From Pedobacter sp. (GTDB lineage: Bacteria; Desulfobacterota; Desulfuromonadia; Desulfuromonadales; Syntrophotaleaceae): a stretch of 64,000 nt of DNA. The stretch spans positions 192,001 through 256,000 of the forward strand of contig JBFWJC010000002.1 of NCBI GenBank assembly GCA_050253415.1. The letters are read 5' to 3'. This document shows positions 21,570 to 30,892 of this stretch, one piece after another. The notes under the pieces were generated by a model that was not told the DNA's origin, searched no databases, and worked only from the letters and a program-made list of their open reading frames with translations. How positions within the stretch are numbered: position 1 is the stretch's first letter; each line of letters opens with the position of its first letter. A program made the position numbers and the translations under genes.

Positions 21570-23618
21570 TTAACGATTGTTGGGTGGAATGATGGCGTAC
21601 TCCTTCATCTTGCGGTATATGGTCGACCTGCTAAGGCCAATCTCCTTTTCCGCTTTGGAGATCTGCCACTTGTGTCTCTGCAGAGCTCCAATTATCACCT
21701 GGCGTTCGGCCTGTTTCACAGTACTCAGCTCGGAAATAATATCGTCCGCAACCGGCTTTGCCTCACTTGGGGGTAATTCGGTCACGACCTCTTCGATTAT
21801 AGCAGGCAGGGCCTGTTGATCAGGAACTTCCTCGGAGGAAACAACGATAATGTCGGGGGGCAGGTCAGCATAGGTAATGATGTTGTCATTACAAACCGCC
21901 AGAGCATATCGCATGGCATTGCGCAGTTGGCGGATATTGCCAGGCCAGGAATAGTTAACCAAAAACTGTATGGCGGCTTTGCTGATGGAAACGTCACCAC
22001 CCTGATCTTCCTCCTCAATAGTCAAGACATTTTTAATCAGCAGAGCTATATCCGAACGATGGCGCAAAGGAGGTAGTTCAAAGGAGATGCCATTAAGGCG
22101 ATAATAGAGGTCTTCGCGGAAAGTGCCGCTGGCCACCATGTCGAAGATATTGCGGTGTGTAGCACATATCACGTGTAAATTGACGGGAATCGGTGTCTCT
22201 CCACCTAATGGCATAACCTCGCGTTCCGCAAGCACTCGCAACAAGCGCGGTTGCAGACTGGCCGGCATATCGCCAATTTCATCGAGGAACAGAGTGCCGC
22301 CGTCCGCTTGCAGGATCTTGCCACGCATCCCCTTGCTGCGCGCGCCTGTAAAAGCCCCTTCCTTGTACCCGAACAGCTCACTTTCGATCAGTGACTCGGG
22401 GATCGATGCGCAGTTTACCGCGACAAATGGTTTTTTGGCCCGATGACTGGCGTTATGAATGGCCTTGGCAAACAGTTCCTTACCGCATCCTGTTTCGCCA
22501 TTCAGCAAAATCGGGATTGGCTTGTTCATGACCCGCTTCATACATTCCACCGCTATGCGGAGCTTGGGTTCCTCGCCGGCAAGATAATCGAGAGACACAG
22601 GTTCGCCCTGCCGGGGAATACGCCTTTTGGGCTGAGCCCTTTCTCTGACCTGGCGAGCAGGTCTCACCGGAATAGCCTGCGGACAGCGCAGAGAGACGAA
22701 CATCTCCCGCCCCGTTCTCCGAGTATGGATCGGCAGAAACAAACTGGAATGGGCAGCCTTTTCCTGCAGCCTTTCAAAATCGACATCAAAAACTTCATCA
22801 ATCTGTTGCCCCACCAGGCTACCGTCGACCTCCCGAGCCAAAGTTCTGTCTGCGACATGATCGACATTCAGCACTCGCCCGCTGCCGTCCAAAGTAATAA
22901 AACAATCCCCCCCCGTCACTTCAGCAAGCCGCCGTTCAAAGCTCAGCTTGAGAACCCATTGACCCTCGAACTGTCTGAGAAAATAGGCCCTTTCGATCAT
23001 ACGGGCTGTTTGCGTAACAAAATGCAGCGCGAGATATTGACTGTTTTTGGAGTTCGGAGAGCAAAGGGCTGTAACGTCTATCGAGCCCAGGGTTTTGCCA
23101 TTAGGACCGATGATCGGGGAGGTGGAGCAGGTCAAGTTCGCATACCTATACCGGAAATGCTCGCCATGGTGAACTGTGAAAGGTCTCTGTTCGACAATTG
23201 CCAAGCCGATACCGTTGGTTCCCTCATGCTGCTCATCCCAGACCGCGCCGAGCCAGGAGAGCCCAGTCCTTTTCCATTCCTCAACTTGAGGGTCGATGCC
23301 CCGAATATCTAAACTTACACCGTTGGCATCAGTCAAAATGGTCGCGTACCCGAGATCCTTTACTCGGCCATAGAGATGCTGTGCTCCAACCTTGGCGATA
23401 GGCAGCAAACCTTCTAAGGGCTGGGTATATTCTCGCAATTCTCTAGAGGTGAGGACTTGGACCTGCCTGTTCACGCTTGGATCGATACCATAGTGATGCA
23501 GACAGCGTTCCCAGGAAGTGGCAATAGGCGTTTCGTCCTTCTCCCCGCTAATCTTCCGATTGCCGGAGACACGGGAGATAATCCTTTCAACGTGGCTACG
23601 CACATGCTGTTCAGCCAT
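21570..23618 (-). CDS. GAF-domain sigma54-dependent activator (AcoR-like)
   Basis: 'IATSWERC', 'GTNGIG' GAF region; GETGCGKE, GAFTGA, FLDEIG; Fis-type HTH; RBS aggagg. Confidence 0.92.
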   Translation of the reverse strand: MAEQHVRSHVERIISRVSGNRKISGEKDETPIATSWERCLHHYGIDPSVNRQVQVLTSRELREYTQPLEGLLPIAKVGAQHLYGRVKDLGYATILTDANGVSLDIRGIDPQVEEWKRTGLSWLGAVWDEQHEGTNGIGLAIVEQRPFTVHHGEHFRYRYANLTCSTSPIIGPNGKTLGSIDVTALCSPNSKNSQYLALHFVTQTARMIERAYFLRQFEGQWVLKLSFERRLAEVTGGDCFITLDGSGRVLNVDHVADRTLAREVDGSLVGQQIDEVFDVDFERLQEKAAHSSLFLPIHTRRTGREMFVSLRCPQAIPVRPARQVRERAQPKRRIPRQGEPVSLDYLAGEEPKLRIAVECMKRVMNKPIPILLNGETGCGKELFAKAIHNASHRAKKPFVAVNCASIPESLIESELFGYKEGAFTGARSKGMRGKILQADGGTLFLDEIGDMPASLQPRLLRVLAEREVMPLGGETPIPVNLHVICATHRNIFDMVASGTFREDLYYRLNGISFELPPLRHRSDIALLIKNVLTIEEEDQGGDVSISKAAIQFLVNYSWPGNIRQLRNAMRYALAVCNDNIITYADLPPDIIVVSSEEVPDQQALPAIIEEVVTELPPSEAKPVADDIISELSTVKQAERQVIIGALQRHKWQISKAEKEIGLSRSTIYRKMKEYAIIPPNNR

Positions 23619-23959
23619 GCTGCCACCTCCTAGTGATGTTATCGACTGATTGAAATCTAACTGGTACATCTCACCTACACAAGTTCATTTATATTAGCAA
23701 AATAAGCGGTATATTCGCAACTTGAGGCACAATCTATAAAACGAATGTATGGACACCGACTTACTAGATACTCCCATTCTGTCGATGGTATCACCTTGCA
23801 AAATCAGCTTGGGAACGGTTGTTATTATAGCCGTGGCGGCGAATCGAAAAGGGCATAGACATTCACAATCTGGTTTTTCATCAAATTAAACTTGTTTAAA
23901 CTCTGCTAAGCAAAACCCCTGGCAGCATGGATGGTCTTGCCATAGTTTGGTTTTATCAC

Positions 23960-24339
23960 CTACAGAGCGGGCACCTTTTCGCAGAGGAACACGCCCTTGG
24001 TGTTGATGACAGAGAGCTGACCCCAGCCTCGGCGGTAGTCTCTGCCATCAGGTTGGTATTGGCTATACTGGTGTTGGCTACCATTATGTCCAACTGACCT
24101 TACCAGGCACGGCTTTATCAACCAGTCCCTGGCAGTTAGCTTCCTTGGTGACATCGCAAGGCATTGTAATGCAGTTGACGCCCTGCGCATCGACAGTTGC
24201 TTTGGCGTCCGCCATATCGAGAACATTACCGATGATGGCGGCACCGTCTTTGGCCAGCCTGGTAGCAATACCGAAGCCGGTGCCGCGACTACCATCGGTA
24301 ACAATTGCAACTTTGCCTGCCAATTTACCTTTCTTTCAT
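23960..24339 (-). pseudogene. Short-chain dehydrogenase (SDR) remnant
   Basis: 'LAGKVAIVTDGSRGTGFGIA..CDVTKE' in one frame and 'INTKGVFLC' in another; frameshifts, stops, no catalytic YxxxK. Confidence 0.8.
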
Positions 24340-24442
24340 AAGGTAGAGGCAATCTTTCCAAAATGGTGTCATGCCAGACGGAACCTGGTGCATCCGCAAC
24401 ATGAAATCTTTCTTCATTGCAGTCTGCGGAATTCAGTTCTTT

Positions 24443-24931
24443 CTACGATTCCGGATATATAGCCAAAGGCTCAGGCCATTCGAAATCCGGTACAGGTTTG
24501 TAAATTTCAGCGATAAGGTTAAGATCTTTTTGCGAGTCGAGATAGGTATAGGTCAAACCTTCCCAATCACCGCCCTGCAAAACAGGAAGGCCTTTGCCCT
24601 CATAGAACTTAACCGCTTCTTCATAATTGTCGGTACCAAAGGCGCAATGATGTAGACCTTCTCCCTTGTCTTTCAAAAATTCAGCGTAAATGCTTTTGTC
24701 GTCTTTCGGCTCGATCAGTTCCCACTGAACACCTCCGATATCGCACAAGGCGAGTCGCATGGCATAATCGACCTTCTCGCCGCGAATAATCATGTTACTC
24801 ACGGTATTCGGATTGAATTCGTAGATTTTCCAGGGGCCGACACCATACTTGTCTGCCCATAATTTTACGGCCTCGTCGCAATCTTTTACTACCATGGCAA
24901 CCTGAAGTACTTTGTTGAACAAGGGTTTCAT
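24443..24931 (-). CDS. VOC/glyoxalase family protein (methylmalonyl-CoA epimerase-like)
   Basis: 'QVAMVV', 'QWELIEP..SIYAEFL..GEGLHH'. Confidence 0.88.
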   Translation of the reverse strand: MKPLFNKVLQVAMVVKDCDEAVKLWADKYGVGPWKIYEFNPNTVSNMIIRGEKVDYAMRLALCDIGGVQWELIEPKDDKSIYAEFLKDKGEGLHHCAFGTDNYEEAVKFYEGKGLPVLQGGDWEGLTYTYLDSQKDLNLIAEIYKPVPDFEWPEPLAIYPES

Positions 24932-25401
24932 AACAAACTCCCTTATACCGTTAGATTTTTAAATTTTGAGTTCAATACGAATAATCCAGTTATCCCATAA
25001 AAAGAGCCTGTAGCCACTTTCCATCACAGGCCGAGTAGGCATTGAACCGGACCATGCCGACAGCGGCTTTCCCCTTCACCGCCAGAACAATGTGAACGGT
25101 GGTGACATCACCGAAGCCGCTGCACAATTCAAAGGCCAACAATCCTGTACAAAAGGCACCTCCTCTCCTGGTTTCGCACCAACTTGTTTAAAAACCTTAA
25201 ACACTCTCAGGTCACGCCAATTTGCAAAATCAATCAAACCTACACCGAGATAAATCCAAACGGCTTGTGACCTCCCTTTGGACCAGTTTGTGTTGTCTCC
25301 TTTCCTTGCGGATCTCTCCGGAAAAGCTTTTTGAGTTTCCGCGATAAATTTTTCCTGCCGCGATAGTATTTCAAACAGTATTTTATTTGTGCTTTACATA
25401 A

Positions 25402-25417
25402 GGCAATCCCCGTACCA
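25402..25417 (-). promoter_or_regulatory. sigma54 (-24/-12) promoter pointing toward the VOC gene
   Basis: Minus strand TGGTAC-GGGGA-TTGCC (GG-N10-GC); sigma54 activator gene nearby. Confidence 0.7.
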
Positions 25418-25841
25418 AGGAGCTATTTATTATTTTTGTTGCAGAAAAAAACATCTAACGCCTTGTGCTGACGCATTTACTTGATTATTCATTGACGCCA
25501 ATATGCGATGTTTTGGCACATACGCTTTAAGAGACGAAGTTTTTTTAATGTCAATTTGACAAAATTGTCCCATGGGGAGAATCCCTCTCCTGGCACCAAA
25601 TTTGGTACAGAGACAGAGGATCTTTTGCGAGACCGGACAATAAACTGGAAGTTTTAAATTATCTTTTGATTATTTGAAGGAGCGATCCGGCGGGAGAAAA
25701 ATGTATAAATGACTGGAAGTAGACAAATGGGCGGGCGGGGATAGGTGAATATTTTGACGCAGGGGACTATCCGTTTAATCTATGGCATGGAAGGCAGTGC
25801 AAGAACTCTCTTTCAGTCTGAGCAGGGAAAGCATCTCAGAC

Positions 25842-26161
25842 ATTGTTATAGCGGTCCTGGTTTTCTTGGACATTGATTTGGGGTAAAGTCCCCGTGTCCA
25901 AGGAGATTAATGATGACAACAAACAACAAGAACGAAACTGTCATAGGGCCTTTGGCCGAAGGACAGAGCTGGAGTGCTGTCCGCAAGCGTGAAGTGGTGC
26001 TGCGCATGTTGCGAGGCGAATCCGTTGATGCCTTGTCCCACGAATTGAATATCGAAATCTACCGTCTGGAGGAATGGCGGGAGAAAGCGTTAACCGGCAT
26101 CGATGACTCGCTGAAAAAACAGTGCCATTCGGGACACTCCCCATATTTCCAAAAATCATGA
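25842..26161 (+). mobile_element. Truncated insertion sequence (IS3-like OrfA HTH, ORF 25910-26161)
   Basis: 'WSAVRKREVVLRMLRGESVDALSHELNIEIYRLEEWREKAL' transposase-type HTH; CTTGGACA..TGTCCAAG hairpin over the RBS; no DDE ORF follows. Confidence 0.7.
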
Positions 26162-26176
26162 TTACCAGAACATCGA

Positions 26177-26209
26177 ACGGCCCAACCTGTTTCCCATAGG
26201 TTGGGCCGT
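26177..26209. terminator. Hairpin/terminator
   Basis: ACGGCCCAACCT..AGGTTGGGCCGT, 12-bp stem. Confidence 0.6.
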
Positions 26210-26705
26210 CTTATATTTTGTCTTAAATGAATTCTCGCTTTATCTAGGATTTATCAGTCATCAGGAAGCAAGTCTGATGGACTGGTTTCCGGCATTAACA
26301 GGGCGTTATTTTGGCAAAAATAAGACATCCCCACCAAATTGCTATCCCACTGTCCGATATCGAACCATTGCCATCTGCTGACGAAATCAACCAGAAGTAA
26401 CTTCATCTTCTCTCTGCCTCGGCGATCCTGCATCGGTGCCACAATCGTTTTGCTTCCCTGACCTGTTGGGGAAGGGTGAGTGCCGGACCATTCTAGTAAA
26501 CGACAGGGCTGGGGTGTTGTCCTTGTCGTCCATCATGAATTATTTGAATAATATAAAAAGTGTTGATTAATTTTGTGAGTAGATTGTAATGTTGTGTTCA
26601 GATCCTGACACCGCCTTACAGCAGCGCGCTTTCTGTCGGGAAAGGTTGGTTTATGGGTCGCCGGGAGAGGGTCTCCCGAACTTATACCTGCCAAAGGAGG
26701 CTTTT

Positions 26706-27020
26706 ATGGAAAGGAACATGCGTAAAAAAGTCAGTTCCACGCCAAGCATTGCCAAGTTGGCCCGCGATCTCGATAAGGTGCCTTGCAATCATCTGGTGGG
26801 GCGGGAGGTGATTGAACAGCAGATCGTTGATCTGGCCAGGGGTAAGATGGATGCAAGTTATTGTCAGAACTGGGAACGCTGCGATAACGGCTGGGGGAAG
26901 TGCACCCCTGACAACAAACTGTGGCTGGAGAAAATCCATGAATTGCGGGTCGACAAGGTGTTGACCGCCGCGGAAAAGAAGATACTCGCCAATCTGCAAA
27001 TGGATGCAAGGGTCAAATGA
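26706..27020 (+). CDS. Putative RiPP precursor peptide, 104 aa
   Basis: Perfect RBS AAGGAGG; central YCQNWERCDNGWGKC; stop overlaps the rSAM start (ATGA). Confidence 0.7.
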   Translation: MERNMRKKVSSTPSIAKLARDLDKVPCNHLVGREVIEQQIVDLARGKMDASYCQNWERCDNGWGKCTPDNKLWLEKIHELRVDKVLTAAEKKILANLQMDARVK

Positions 27021-28144
27021 GTCTGCCTCTCAACCTGATCCTCAAGCTGACCCGTGCCTGTTCATTGCGTTGCAGTTACTGTCATGACCGGGTGGCTCAA
27101 TCCGATGCGATGCCCTTTGAAGTGATGGCCCTGGCCATGGCTCGGGCCTTTGCCAGTGGTTACCGCGATTTTCGGTTTATCTGGCATGGGGGAGAGCCTC
27201 TGCTCGGTGGGCTGAGTCCGCTGCGCAAGGCGTTGGTTGTTCAACAGGAGCTGGCCGGTGCCGGTCAGCGGTATCAGAACAACCTGCAGACCAACGGGAT
27301 GCATTTGAACAAGGAGACGGCGCAGTTTCTCGGCGAGTTCGGCTTTCGGGTCGGCATCAGTCTCGATGGACCGGCGGCGGTACACGATGTGCAGCGTCCC
27401 ACCGTTGATGGCAAGCCCAGCCATCTGCGCATTCTCAAAGGGATCGATCGCTTGCGTCATCATGAGGTGCCGTTTGGCGTGATTTCGGTCCTGACTGAGC
27501 GCAGTCTGGCTATTGCTCCGATGGAATTGTTGCGGTTTTATCGGGACCACGAACTGTTCGATGTGTGTTTTTTGCCGGTGCGCGGCAATGCCCGGGCGAA
27601 GGGGCAAACCCTGGCTGCCGGCCGTTATTATGCGTATATGATGCAGCTGTTCGATGCCTGGCTCGAATTGGACGATCCCCGTATGCGGGTGCGGGAGTTT
27701 GGGGACTGGCTGCTGCTGTCCATGGGGTGGCCCGGTTCCCTATGCAGCTCTGCCGCAAGTTGCGTTGGCGGTACATTGAGTGTCGAACCGGAAGGAACGG
27801 TGTACCATTGTGACAAGTATGCCGGTGAGCCCGACTACTATTACGGCCAGCTGCAGGAACTCGATTTTGATCAGCTGCCCCATTCTGCAACCGCCTGTCG
27901 ATTGCGGGCCAAGGATATGGACCTGCCGTCGGTGTGCCTGGCTTGTGATTGGCTGAAGCATTGCGCCGGGGGCTGCAGCCATGATCGCCTGGTTGAAGGG
28001 CGGCACGGCCTGGCGGCCGACATCTGCCATCGCCAGAATCTGCTCGATCATGTCCGCTTGCGGACGGCGGAGCACCCTGCCGTTCGTAAATATGTCGCCA
28101 TGGCCGCCCAACAGGCCGAAACGCCTGACTGGGCTCCTTGTTGA
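27017..28144 (+). CDS. Radical SAM/SPASM enzyme (anSME-like), probable peptide maturase
   Basis: CSLRCSYC, WHGGEPLL, QTNG, GISLDGP; SPASM Cx5Cx15C..Cx2Cx5Cx3Cx16C. Confidence 0.93.
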   Translation: MSLPLNLILKLTRACSLRCSYCHDRVAQSDAMPFEVMALAMARAFASGYRDFRFIWHGGEPLLGGLSPLRKALVVQQELAGAGQRYQNNLQTNGMHLNKETAQFLGEFGFRVGISLDGPAAVHDVQRPTVDGKPSHLRILKGIDRLRHHEVPFGVISVLTERSLAIAPMELLRFYRDHELFDVCFLPVRGNARAKGQTLAAGRYYAYMMQLFDAWLELDDPRMRVREFGDWLLLSMGWPGSLCSSAASCVGGTLSVEPEGTVYHCDKYAGEPDYYYGQLQELDFDQLPHSATACRLRAKDMDLPSVCLACDWLKHCAGGCSHDRLVEGRHGLAADICHRQNLLDHVRLRTAEHPAVRKYVAMAAQQAETPDWAPC

Positions 28145-28231
28145 TGTTTGTCATGCCTGCTTACGCAGCATAAACAGTAAATGGGTTTCGCCGCTTCACT
28201 GCTCGCAACATTGATCGTCTGCATAACAATC

Positions 28232-28266
28232 AAAAAGGGCCGCAACATGATGTTGCGGCCCTTTTA
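28232..28266. terminator. Bidirectional terminator
   Basis: AAAAGGGCCGCAACA-tga-TGTTGCGGCCCTTTT between convergent genes. Confidence 0.9.
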
Positions 28267-28275
28267 TTTGCGGCA

Positions 28276-28668
28276 TCACTCCTTGGAGGTTGTTTCCCAG
28301 CGGACAAAAGGTTCGATCGTGTATTTTTCCTTTTGAACCTCCGGTTCTTTGGTGCTGGGCCACCAGTGAAAAACATGCAGACCTGTCTGATCGATGGGAT
28401 TGGAAGACAGGGTGCTCTGGTCGGTAAGGTCCATCGATTCATAACGCATCAACACCGGTTTGTCCGGGAAATGGTCGATTTCGATGATGTCGTCGAGATA
28501 GATCTCGTCGATGTCGTCAAAGGCATGGGTGCCGTTGCGGATCGCCATGATCTTATCGCGCATGGCCTTTACCGCTTTGTCTGTATTGTCAGCGGAAAGG
28601 AGCATGGTGAAGTAACCGTGTTTTTTATGATGATTTTCGTCGAAGGTAAAATGGGCCATGTATCTCAT
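28276..28668 (-). CDS. Hypothetical protein, 130 aa
   Basis: RBS aaggagg; globular composition; ends at the terminator. Confidence 0.75.
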   Translation of the reverse strand: MRYMAHFTFDENHHKKHGYFTMLLSADNTDKAVKAMRDKIMAIRNGTHAFDDIDEIYLDDIIEIDHFPDKPVLMRYESMDLTDQSTLSSNPIDQTGLHVFHWWPSTKEPEVQKEKYTIEPFVRWETTSKE

Positions 28669-28897
28669 ATCTTAACCTCCTTGTAACGCGGTGCTTCTTG
28701 CAGATCGGAAGCTTCAAGTTTGCGTATGTGCATATTTTACCGCAAACGACCGATGCAAGGGAAGCTGGCGAGAACGCGCGCGGCCCCGTTATAGCGCCAG
28801 GGCACTGGTCAGCGGCGCTAAAGCGGTTAAAATTAAAACCATCAAGCGATTTTTCGTGGCAATTCACTCTGTTCTGACCTTATTCAAGAGGTAGCTG

Positions 28898-30190
28898 ATG
28901 AATATCCTGATGGTCACCAACACCTTTACTCCTCATGTCGGCGGCGTGGCGCGCAGCGTGCAAAGTTATTGCGATGCCTTTCGCCAGCTTGGCCACAGGG
29001 TGCTGGTTATTGCGCCGCATTTTGAAGGCGCGCCTGACCACGAACCGGATGTGCTGCGTTTTCCGGCTATTGAGCACTTTCATCGAAGTGATTTTTCCGT
29101 GCCGTTGCCGGCCCCGGTCGGTTTGCAGCGCAGGCTTGACGAATTCGCCCCCGACATCGTTCACTCCCATCACCCTTTTCTGCTGGGCGATACGGCACTG
29201 CGTACCGCGGCACAACGGCAGCTGCCGATGTTGTTCACCCATCACACCATGTACGAGCGCTACACCCACTATCTGCCCATCGATTCGGAGCGGGTGCGGC
29301 GTTTTGCCATCGAATTGGCGGCCGGCTACTGCAATTTGTGCGATGCGGTGGTGGCGCCAAGCACTACCCTGGCCGACTGTTTGCGGTCCCGCGGGGTGCA
29401 GAGCCCTATCGAGGTCATCCCCACCGGCATCGATCCGCAACCGTTTGCACAGGCCGATGGCCCGGCTTTCCGGCGCAAGCTGGGTATCCCCGAAGAGGCC
29501 TTTTTGATCGGTTATCTTGGGCGGTTGTCGCCGGAGAAGAATCTTGCCTTTCTGGCCCGGGCGGTTGCCGGGTTTATGCAGCAACACCCCGGCACCCGGA
29601 TGTTGCTGGTCGGTGAAGGGCCTGCGAAGGATGATGTCCAAAGCATTTTCAGCGAATATCAGTTGTCCGATCGCCTGCATCTGGTCGGGCTTCTCGATCG
29701 CCCCGAACTCGCATCGGCCTACCGGGCCATGGATGGGTTCGTCTTCGCCTCGCAAAGCGAAACCCAGGGTATGGTACTGGCGGAGGCGATGGCGGCCGGT
29801 ACGCCGGTGATCGCCGTGGCAGCTCCGGGGGTGCGTGATATCGTGCGGGATGGGCATAACGGACGCCTGCTGGCCAAAGAAAAAACCGATGCGTTCATTG
29901 AGGCATTGCAGTGGTTGTTCGAACTGTCGTGCGAAGACCGGCAGCGCCTGCAAGCAGGGGCGTTGGAGACTTCCAGGGATTTCAGTATGTCCCGCAGTGC
30001 GGATCGCATGCTGGCTCTGTATCAGCGCCTGATATCCGGACATAACAAAGTGCCGTCTAATCACACACGCTGGCTGGCGGCGCGCCATCGCATGGAAGAG
30101 GAATGCAAAATTCTGCACAATATCACCCACGCACTGGCGGAAGCGCTGCGCGCCGAACCGGGATTGCAACCACGGGACAACAGGGAGTGA
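28898..30190 (+). CDS. Glycosyltransferase family 4
   Basis: 'MVTNTFTPHVGGVARSV', GRLSPEKN, SETQGMVLAEAMAAG. Confidence 0.93.
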   Translation: MNILMVTNTFTPHVGGVARSVQSYCDAFRQLGHRVLVIAPHFEGAPDHEPDVLRFPAIEHFHRSDFSVPLPAPVGLQRRLDEFAPDIVHSHHPFLLGDTALRTAAQRQLPMLFTHHTMYERYTHYLPIDSERVRRFAIELAAGYCNLCDAVVAPSTTLADCLRSRGVQSPIEVIPTGIDPQPFAQADGPAFRRKLGIPEEAFLIGYLGRLSPEKNLAFLARAVAGFMQQHPGTRMLLVGEGPAKDDVQSIFSEYQLSDRLHLVGLLDRPELASAYRAMDGFVFASQSETQGMVLAEAMAAGTPVIAVAAPGVRDIVRDGHNGRLLAKEKTDAFIEALQWLFELSCEDRQRLQAGALETSRDFSMSRSADRMLALYQRLISGHNKVPSNHTRWLAARHRMEEECKILHNITHALAEALRAEPGLQPRDNRE

Positions 30191-30852
30191 GCCCCCGCCG
30201 TTCAGAGTCCGTCCCATGGCGCGCCCGTCTGTTGGGTGCCATCGGCGCTTTCGTGTTGCGGTTGTGGTGTGCGTCGTGGCGCAAGCGGCTTGTCGGAGTC
30301 GAGCATCTCGATGCCTGTATCGCTGCCGGTCAGCATACCCTGGTGCTGTGCTGGCACGGTACTTATGTACCGCTGTTTACCTTGTTGCGCGGTCGGTCGG
30401 CTTGCATTCTTACCAACAGATCCCTGCGCGGCCAGGTTATTGCGCAGATCAGCCGCCGGTTTGGCTACGCCGCTCTGGGATTACCCGATGAGCAGGGGCG
30501 GCGGTTTCTGGCGGCCTTGCGGCAGGCCTTGGATGAACATACCACCTGGGGCACCGCGGCCGACGGTCCGTTGGGTCCCTGCCATCAGGTCAAACCGCCG
30601 CTGGTAAGTCTGGCGGCGCATTTCGGGTTTTCCGTGCAGTTGGTCGGGGTGGCGGCGCGCCATGCCTGGCGCATACATAGCCGTTGGGATCGCATGCTGT
30701 TGCCGTTGCCTTTTACCCGGGTCGGTATGGTTCTCAGCGAGCCGATCCGGTTGCCATCCACCATGGATAGAAGCATGGCGGCCCGGCAGGCTGAAACCCT
30801 GCAAAACATCATGCAGCAATGCACCATGGCTGCCCAGGATTTGATACGATAA
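30187..30852 (+). CDS. DUF374 / lysophospholipid acyltransferase family protein
   Basis: GTG overlapping the upstream stop; 'CWHG', 'ADGPLGP..VKP', 'SRWDRMLLPLPF'. Confidence 0.8.
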   Translation: MSPRRSESVPWRARLLGAIGAFVLRLWCASWRKRLVGVEHLDACIAAGQHTLVLCWHGTYVPLFTLLRGRSACILTNRSLRGQVIAQISRRFGYAALGLPDEQGRRFLAALRQALDEHTTWGTAADGPLGPCHQVKPPLVSLAAHFGFSVQLVGVAARHAWRIHSRWDRMLLPLPFTRVGMVLSEPIRLPSTMDRSMAARQAETLQNIMQQCTMAAQDLIR

Positions 30853-30892
30853 AGGCGTTGCACCCCATCAAACGTAGTGCCGAGGAGGCCTT

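Noticed and set aside
26254..26406. Divergent 50-aa Trp-rich ORF (..RWQWFDIGQWDSN..) as a second RiPP precursor
   Set aside because: Weak RBS, no leader, opposite strand to the rSAM; may be chance. Revisit only if conserved.
27017..28144. Plain anaerobic sulfatase maturase
   Set aside because: No sulfatase in the window and the gene is coupled to a small W/C-motif ORF; not excluded, but less likely.
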